64,000 bases of DNA, taken from NCBI GenBank assembly GCA_963729895.1, contig CAVSQB010000028.1, positions 64,001 to 128,000 on the forward strand, in the 5' to 3' direction. Source of the stretch: an uncultured Fibrobacterota bacterium (lineage in GTDB: Bacteria; Fibrobacterota; Chitinivibrionia; Chitinivibrionales; FEN-1185). The notes beneath the pieces are model-generated. The model worked only from the letters and a program-made list of their open reading frames with translations. It searched no databases and was not told the DNA's origin. Made by a program: the position numbers and the translations under genes. Positions 58,141 through 64,000 of the stretch are shown here, piece by piece; the stretch's first letter is position 1; every line of letters starts with the position of its first letter.

Positions 58141-59041
58141 GGTAATTATAAAGGATCTTGCACCAAATTAGTGATCATTTTGACAAGTTTTTCAAAGAAA
58201 TTTTCATGACGATGATTGTACCGAAAAGCCATTTCGTTCAGATACCCTGGAAAGTATTCTTTGGAGACTCCATGGAACTTTGCAAGACGTTCCTTAGCAT
58301 AGCTCCAGAAGCCTTCCAAACCGTTAATATAAACTTTGCCTGTGGCAAATCTTTTCCCATGGTCGACTCTCAAATGCCGATAACCGCAGAACATCAGGGC
58401 GTCATAGCCGCGGAATTTGTCAGTGTAAATGATGGAGCCTCGTCTGACCATTTTCACAGTCTCAGTCAACAGGCTTTCGGCAGTGACGTTTTTTACTACT
58501 GTCACCTTCACTTTTCCGTGTCTCTCCAGGATACCAAAGACGGGAACCTTTCCGGCAGCACCCCGGCCACGTTTACCTTTACGCCTGCCGCCGAAGTAGG
58601 ATTCATCGAGCTCAACCTCTCCAGAGAGCCAGAAATCGCTTTCAGCGACCATCAAGGCCCTTCGGATGAGATTACACATCCGCAAGACCGTGGGATAGCT
58701 CAAACCGATCTGAGTTGCTATCCTGCGTGCTGAGACTTCCAGTTCAAAGAGCTTAATGATCCACAGCAGCTTTTTCAGAGGGACGCGGCACTGACCAATC
58801 CACCGATTCGAGAAGTCATGAAAGGTATTTCCGCATCGTTTGCACCTGAACTTTTTACCTTTTAAACGATAGATTTTATGGCTGTTACAATTGATGCAGA
58901 AAACATGGCCATTTTTCCAACAGAACTTTCTGAGGAACAATTTTGCCCTGTTTTCAGTTTTCCCTATGAATTCAAAGGTTTCTAATTGACTAAAGCCCAT
59001 ATGCACAAGATAATTCCTGTGCAAGATGTTTTATAATCACC
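58141..59041 (-). mobile_element. Complete 901-bp IS1595-family insertion sequence
   Basis: 23-bp imperfect TIRs GGTAATTATAAAGGATCTTGCAC / GGTGATTATAAAACATCTTGCAC; 8-bp TSD TAATATAT at 58133-58140 and 59042-59049; AT-richer than host. Confidence 0.95.
58146..59000 (-). CDS. IS1595-family DDE transposase
   Basis: Zinc ribbon CINC...CKRC, ELDESYFGG, KRGRGAAGK, IYTD, INGLEGFWS, YLNEMAFRYN; stop codon lies in the TIR. Confidence 0.95.
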   Translation of the reverse strand: MGFSQLETFEFIGKTENRAKLFLRKFCWKNGHVFCINCNSHKIYRLKGKKFRCKRCGNTFHDFSNRWIGQCRVPLKKLLWIIKLFELEVSARRIATQIGLSYPTVLRMCNLIRRALMVAESDFWLSGEVELDESYFGGRRKGKRGRGAAGKVPVFGILERHGKVKVTVVKNVTAESLLTETVKMVRRGSIIYTDKFRGYDALMFCGYRHLRVDHGKRFATGKVYINGLEGFWSYAKERLAKFHGVSKEYFPGYLNEMAFRYNHRHENFFEKLVKMITNLVQDPL

Positions 59042-59130
59042 TAATATATTGATATTTCGAGTCCAAAAAGAGAAAGCAACATTAAAATAAATTGAAAGGA
59101 TAGACAAGCCAATTAAAAAATTGGTGCTTG

Positions 59131-61170
59131 TTACCGGGGCGCAGGCCTGCCGGAGCGCTCGAACAGTTCCTCGATATCGTTCTGGATTTCGCAGAACAGT
59201 CTTGCATCTCGCAACATGTCGGCCAGCCTGAGATCTTCCCACCCGCTCTGGCGGAACCCGCTCACTTCTCCGGGGCCGCGCATGAGAAGATCTTGTTCCG
59301 CAATTTCGAATCCGTTGTGGTGAGAACAAAAGTACGCAAGCCGCTTGTGCGCGGGCGAGTCCGGCAAGGCATTTGCCAGGAGAAAACAGTATGACTTCTT
59401 TGACGATCTGCCCACTCTTCCGCGAATCTGGTGCAGCTGCGACAATCCGAACCGATCCGCATTTTCCACCACGAGTACGGTTGCACCGGGCACGTCTATT
59501 CCCACTTCCACGATGGTTGTGGACACGAGCACCTGGATTCCGCCGGCAGCGAACTTCTTCATGATCTTTTCGCGCTCGGCCGGGTCCGAACCGCCATGAA
59601 CAAACGCCACCTCCACGGATGCGAACGGCCCGTTGCGAAGAGAGTCGAATACGCTGTGGACGTCCTTGAGTTCTTCGCCGTCGTCCGCATCATCGTCCTT
59701 TTCGACACGAGGCGCCACATAGAACACCTGGCCGTTGTTCTTCCGTATTTCCTCAAGAATGAATTGTTCCATGCCGGCCCGCTTGTTTTCTGGGACACAA
59801 TGGGTGCTCACCGGCCGGCGCCCAGAGAGCGTCGACCGGATCGAAACGACGTCGAGGTCGCCGTACAGCGTTTTGGCGAGCGTCTGTGGAATCGGCGTTG
59901 CCGACATGACCAGCAGGTCGGCGGCCGGGTCCTTTTCAGCGAGCCGCAGGCGCTGCTCCGCGCCGAACTTGTGCTGTTCGTCAATGACAATCATGCCGAG
60001 CTTCGAAAACTTTACCCAGGGCGACAGCAGACTGTGGGTTCCCACGAGGAATTTGAGGCTTCCGTCCGACAAGCCGCCGGCGATGCGCCTGCGGTCCTGT
60101 GGCAGGCTTTGCCCCAGAACCAGGTCGTGGCGTATGTCAAGCCTGGACAGCCAGGCGGAGAGCGTGGCATAGGCCTGGCGGGCGAGGATCTCGGTGGGGA
60201 CAAGCCACGCCGCCTGCATTCCCTGGTTGAGGGCGGGAAGGCAGGAAAGAAACGCCACCACGGTCTTGCCCGAGCCGACATCGCCCTGCAGGAGGCGGTG
60301 CATGCGGCCGCTCCTCTGCGCATCGGCGTGAAGCACCGACACCGCTTCTTCCTGCTCTGCGGTAAGCGTGAAAGGAAACAGGGCACGGGCCTTCTCAAGC
60401 AGGGGCCCGGGCGCCATGGACCGGCCGGGCAGGGCGAATTTTCGTTTGCTCCACCGGAGCGTGACCGCGAGCCGGTAAAGCTCTTCGTACACAAGCCGCG
60501 CACGGTACGCGTCGAGCCGGTTGGGGTGAGACGGCAGGTGCATCTCGCGGATGCACTTGTCAAGAGGCGGGAACCCGCGTTTGTCCTCGATTGAGCGCGG
60601 GAGCACCTGCGGATAGTGCTGGATATTGTCAAGCGCCCACGCGATTGTCTTCCGCAGCACTTTCTGAAGCATGCCGGCCTCTTTCATGCCGAGCGTCAAG
60701 GGGTATACGGGCAGAAAGAGAATGTCGGGTGCGGTGGCGCCCTCGGCGACCCGCTCGACGGCCGGGTGCACCATGTGCACGCCGGTATGGTACGACACTG
60801 TACCGGTGCACAGCACGCGGAGGCCGGGGGTAAGGGTCTTGCGAAAAAAGGCGACGCCCGCGAACCACAACGCCTCCATGGTCCCGGTTGAATCGGAAAG
60901 CTGTATGCGCAGCCGGGGCCGGCGTCCGCGCTCGACCCGGGCCCTGGTGATGGTGGCCAGCACATTTACTGTGGAACCTATCCTGCCGCCGCAATCTGCA
61001 ATGGGCGTCACCATCGAACGGTCGATGTAGCGGCGCGGGAAGTGGTGAAGGAGGTCGCCCAGGGTGAAGATGCCCGATTCGTTGAGCGCCAGGACGCGCT
61101 TTTCGCCAAGGCCGGGAACAAGGCCCACGGGCGAAAGAAAGTCGAGGCGGTTGTCGATAGATCGCGTCAT
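59131..61170 (-). CDS. recG: ATP-dependent DNA helicase RecG
   Basis: FPRRYID, RLLQGDVGSGKT, DEQHKFG, MSATPIPQTL, STTIVEVGIDVP, LSQLHQIRGRVGR, DLLMRGPGE. Confidence 0.97.
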   Translation of the reverse strand: MTRSIDNRLDFLSPVGLVPGLGEKRVLALNESGIFTLGDLLHHFPRRYIDRSMVTPIADCGGRIGSTVNVLATITRARVERGRRPRLRIQLSDSTGTMEALWFAGVAFFRKTLTPGLRVLCTGTVSYHTGVHMVHPAVERVAEGATAPDILFLPVYPLTLGMKEAGMLQKVLRKTIAWALDNIQHYPQVLPRSIEDKRGFPPLDKCIREMHLPSHPNRLDAYRARLVYEELYRLAVTLRWSKRKFALPGRSMAPGPLLEKARALFPFTLTAEQEEAVSVLHADAQRSGRMHRLLQGDVGSGKTVVAFLSCLPALNQGMQAAWLVPTEILARQAYATLSAWLSRLDIRHDLVLGQSLPQDRRRIAGGLSDGSLKFLVGTHSLLSPWVKFSKLGMIVIDEQHKFGAEQRLRLAEKDPAADLLVMSATPIPQTLAKTLYGDLDVVSIRSTLSGRRPVSTHCVPENKRAGMEQFILEEIRKNNGQVFYVAPRVEKDDDADDGEELKDVHSVFDSLRNGPFASVEVAFVHGGSDPAEREKIMKKFAAGGIQVLVSTTIVEVGIDVPGATVLVVENADRFGLSQLHQIRGRVGRSSKKSYCFLLANALPDSPAHKRLAYFCSHHNGFEIAEQDLLMRGPGEVSGFRQSGWEDLRLADMLRDARLFCEIQNDIEELFERSGRPAPR

Positions 61171-61360
61171 GGTTCAACTTCAAAAATAAATCACCCCGCC
61201 AAACTAATTACTACTGGTACGATTAGGAGGTTAAAAGAAAGCCCGAGGAGTATATTTAGGGCAGCCTCACGGGTTGCCATTACGCTATTGCGAGAAGCGA
61301 AACGACGCGGCAATCGCCCGGGAACGATTCCGGTGAGGGGAAGGATATGCCTCGATTGCA

Positions 61361-64000
61361 ATGCCGCACTTTTTCCTGCAAAGAAACGAGAACACGCTGA
61401 GAGCCGGACCGCTGATCATTGTTGCCGTAACTGCCGCGTTCTGTGCAAACGTGGACACCACCATCATAGCCGACGGCGGCCCGGGCCCGTATTCCCTCGG
61501 CAGGTACTTTGTCGACACCTCGTCGATCCGCGTTTCTCTGTCGACTCCTCTTGTCAAGGACAGTTCCGGAAAGGCCCGGAGCGACACGCTTGAGGTCCCT
61601 CCTTACGTCTTTGTGGACGAGGCGAACGGGATCATGTTTGCGGGGCCCCTCGAAAAGGGCGCCCTGCTGCGCATCCGCTATGCGACGTTCAATTTCGGCA
61701 TGCCCCGAATGTATTCGCTTTTCGAAAAACGTTTCGCGGGCGCGCACGATACGCTGGTGCTGATCCGCGACTCGCTGTTCAAGACTCGGGCCAGCGAATT
61801 TGCCGAAGACAATGTGACGCTCAGCGGCTACAAGAGCATCAACATGTCCGTGGGCACGGCGGGCGGCATGAACCTGGAGCAGGCGCTCGACGTGAGCCTG
61901 TCCGGTGACGTAGCGCCGCACACCACGCTGTCGGGCCACCTCACCGATCAGGGAACAAACATCGAGGGAACCCGCGAGCTTTCCGATTTCGACAGGATCT
62001 ATGTCGAGCTTGACAATCCGAAGTATTCGCTCGTCGTGGGGGACCAGTACGTCTATTGGCCGGTGTCGGGCGGCATATTTACCGGCGACCAAAAGAAGCT
62101 GACGGGCATTTCCGCCGCCTACAGGGGCGGAGGAACAGGCGGCGCGCCCGGCCTGGCGGGAATCTCCTCGTCCCGATTCACCGTCAAGGCGTTCGGCGCG
62201 ATCTGCGGGGGCAAGTTTACCATCCAGACCCTCAAGGGAAGAGGCGGGCTCCAGGGGCCGTATTACCTGACCGGAGAAGGCGAGGAGGGCATGATTATGC
62301 CGATTCGCGGTACGGTTTCGCTTACCGTAAACGGGGAAAAACGGGCCGAAGGCGACGGGGCAGACTACACGGTCGGCTACGACATGGGGACAATAACCTT
62401 TACCCCAAAGACACTCATCCAGGACGACGACATCATCCGGGTGGAATACGAATACCGGCTGTTCGATTATCAACGCACGCTCGTGGGCGCCGACGTTTCC
62501 GGGGCGCTGCCCGATTCGTCGGTGAAGGTGGATGGCGGCATCTGGTATGAGGCCGACGACAAGAATCAGCCGCTCGACAATTCTATTTCCGCAAGCGACA
62601 TGGCGCTGATGGCGAACTCAGGCGATTCTGCGCCGCAGCACCCCAGCGGCCGCCTTGTTCTTCCTCAGGAAGTGGCGCAGGAAAGCCAGTTGATGCCCCT
62701 GTACACGCTGGTTTCCGGCCATTATGTTTTTACCGTGTACAACCCATTGCTCCCCACCCAGGACACGGGGTTTTACGAGGTGTGGTTTACGGAACGGGGA
62801 CCAGGGGGCGGAGCATACGCGGCCGACTCCGCCGCCAAAAACGCCAATCCGGGGCTCCCGGGCACTATTTACAAATACGTGGGACCGGGGATGGGCACGG
62901 CAACCGACTCCACCACGATTCCGCTTCCGCAGGGCACGGCGAACGGCGAGATCAAGGTCTCCCTTAAACCGCACAAATGGGTCTCGGCTATTGTTGACGT
63001 TGCGGGAACGGACGTGAACAAGAACCTGGCATCGTCGAACAACACCGATGTCACAAGTTCGGCTTCCAATGCGAGCCTGCTGCTGGGACGGAAATTGTTT
63101 GATCAACGCTCGCTCTGGCTTTCGGCCAGCCACCTGTACATTACGCCCAATTTTACGCGCGAGGTGGTGAGCACCTACGAAGGAAACCAAGCTTGGGACG
63201 ACACAAGCGACGACATGCGGTCTGGATTACGGCAGAGTTGGCTCACGAGCGCAGGCGGTACGGTTTTGCCGGGAACCTGGGCGGAAGTAACGTACGGGCA
63301 GCTTCGGCACGACAATGAGCTTCACACCGACCGGATCAGCGGCGCCGTGCAGACGACGGTGTTCAAGAACTATTCTCTCGAATATCAGGGCAGCCTGTTC
63401 CGCCATTTTCTCTGGGACGAGAACACAAGGCGCGATAATGTGGACGCCCGGCTAAAACTGTTTGGGACAGACTGGGATCTTTCGGCCAGCGATGAGTGGC
63501 GGATGTACCAGGACTCCGACAACCGCGGTAAGGCCGGGGCGGGAGCGACAATGATATGGACTCCCTGGATGTTTCGCGAGGCCGTGTTCTATCAGCTTCA
63601 AAGAAAGGGAACGGGAAGCGAATTCGCCGCCCAAGACACGGGAAGGTCTATCACGTGGGACCAATCGCTCTCCCGGGCACTTACCAAAGCCTGGAAAGTG
63701 GATATCGCGAGCCACTTCCTTGATTTTGACATTTTCAACGGCCAGAAAACGTCCACAGTCCTGGTCACGGCGCAAAGCGATGTATCGTTGCCGGCGAGCG
63801 GCTTCACCTCGCACCAGGAATACCGCGTGAACGTGGAACAGGCGTCCACCTACCAGACGGTAGGCGTGTATGCCCAGCCCGGACGCGGCGACGCGGTGTG
63901 GAGCGATTCACTCCATACCTATATTCCCAAAGCGAACGGCGACTACTTCTTGGAGCAGCGGGAAGTGTACGACAGTACCCAGGAGGGAAGGGTGCGCAAG
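61361..64000 (+). CDS. Partial large outer-membrane protein (at least 880 aa, runs off window end)
   Basis: Not in the ORF track; hand translation MPHFFLQ...LEQALDVSLSG...LSDFDRIYVEL...GLQGPYYL...GTVSLTVNG...DYTVGYDMGTITF...IRVEYEY; frame also reads cleanly at the window end (EVYDSTQEGRVRK). Start uncertain. Confidence 0.75.
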   Translation, partial: MPHFFLQRNENTLRAGPLIIVAVTAAFCANVDTTIIADGGPGPYSLGRYFVDTSSIRVSLSTPLVKDSSGKARSDTLEVPPYVFVDEANGIMFAGPLEKGALLRIRYATFNFGMPRMYSLFEKRFAGAHDTLVLIRDSLFKTRASEFAEDNVTLSGYKSINMSVGTAGGMNLEQALDVSLSGDVAPHTTLSGHLTDQGTNIEGTRELSDFDRIYVELDNPKYSLVVGDQYVYWPVSGGIFTGDQKKLTGISAAYRGGGTGGAPGLAGISSSRFTVKAFGAICGGKFTIQTLKGRGGLQGPYYLTGEGEEGMIMPIRGTVSLTVNGEKRAEGDGADYTVGYDMGTITFTPKTLIQDDDIIRVEYEYRLFDYQRTLVGADVSGALPDSSVKVDGGIWYEADDKNQPLDNSISASDMALMANSGDSAPQHPSGRLVLPQEVAQESQLMPLYTLVSGHYVFTVYNPLLPTQDTGFYEVWFTERGPGGGAYAADSAAKNANPGLPGTIYKYVGPGMGTATDSTTIPLPQGTANGEIKVSLKPHKWVSAIVDVAGTDVNKNLASSNNTDVTSSASNASLLLGRKLFDQRSLWLSASHLYITPNFTREVVSTYEGNQAWDDTSDDMRSGLRQSWLTSAGGTVLPGTWAEVTYGQLRHDNELHTDRISGAVQTTVFKNYSLEYQGSLFRHFLWDENTRRDNVDARLKLFGTDWDLSASDEWRMYQDSDNRGKAGAGATMIWTPWMFREAVFYQLQRKGTGSEFAAQDTGRSITWDQSLSRALTKAWKVDIASHFLDFDIFNGQKTSTVLVTAQSDVSLPASGFTSHQEYRVNVEQASTYQTVGVYAQPGRGDAVWSDSLHTYIPKANGDYFLEQREVYDSTQEGRVRK

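Noticed and set aside
58158..58733. 191-aa ORF antisense to the transposase
   Set aside because: No motifs; typical antisense open frame.
61280..63849. Minus-strand and short plus-strand ORFs near the window end
   Set aside because: Explained as shadows of the single long plus-strand frame starting near 61361.

Overview
GC-rich bacterial chromosomal window. The gene content (many secreted proteins ending in T9SS/FlgD-like Ig C-terminal domains, DUF2341/LamG, a DUF6057-PD40 pair, CsgG-like domains) suggests a non-Bacteroidota FCB-group organism such as Fibrobacterota/Chitinivibrionia; this is inference. Layout: (1) 1-17 kb holds a partial flavoprotein, an orphan ParA, secreted GH2, a beta-propeller, tRNA-Arg(ACG) and a ~2055-aa multidomain surface protein. 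(2) 17-34 kb is an accessory block of mostly + strand genes, including an unannotated 57-aa Cys-rich protein next to a secreted cupredoxin. (3) 34-43 kb is a minus-strand housekeeping operon, yicC-rpoZ-coaBC-udg-dnaB-mlaE-mlaF-radA-AKR, in which the MlaF ATPase is fused to a degenerate GGDEF domain with an intact RxxD I-site. (4) 43.7-47 kb is a kinase-fold membrane protein bracketed by two direct copies of a composite repeat element. (5) 47-64 kb holds redox, lipid and glycosyl genes, a complete IS1595 element with TIRs and an 8-bp TSD, recG, and a large partial outer-membrane protein. Best candidates for novelty: the MlaF-GGDEF fusion, the repeat-flanked kinase-like cassette, a baseplate-like domain inserted inside a LamG domain, and several structured intergenic RNAs. 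No CRISPR array, integrase or reverse transcriptase was seen. All family calls come from motif recognition by eye, not database searches.
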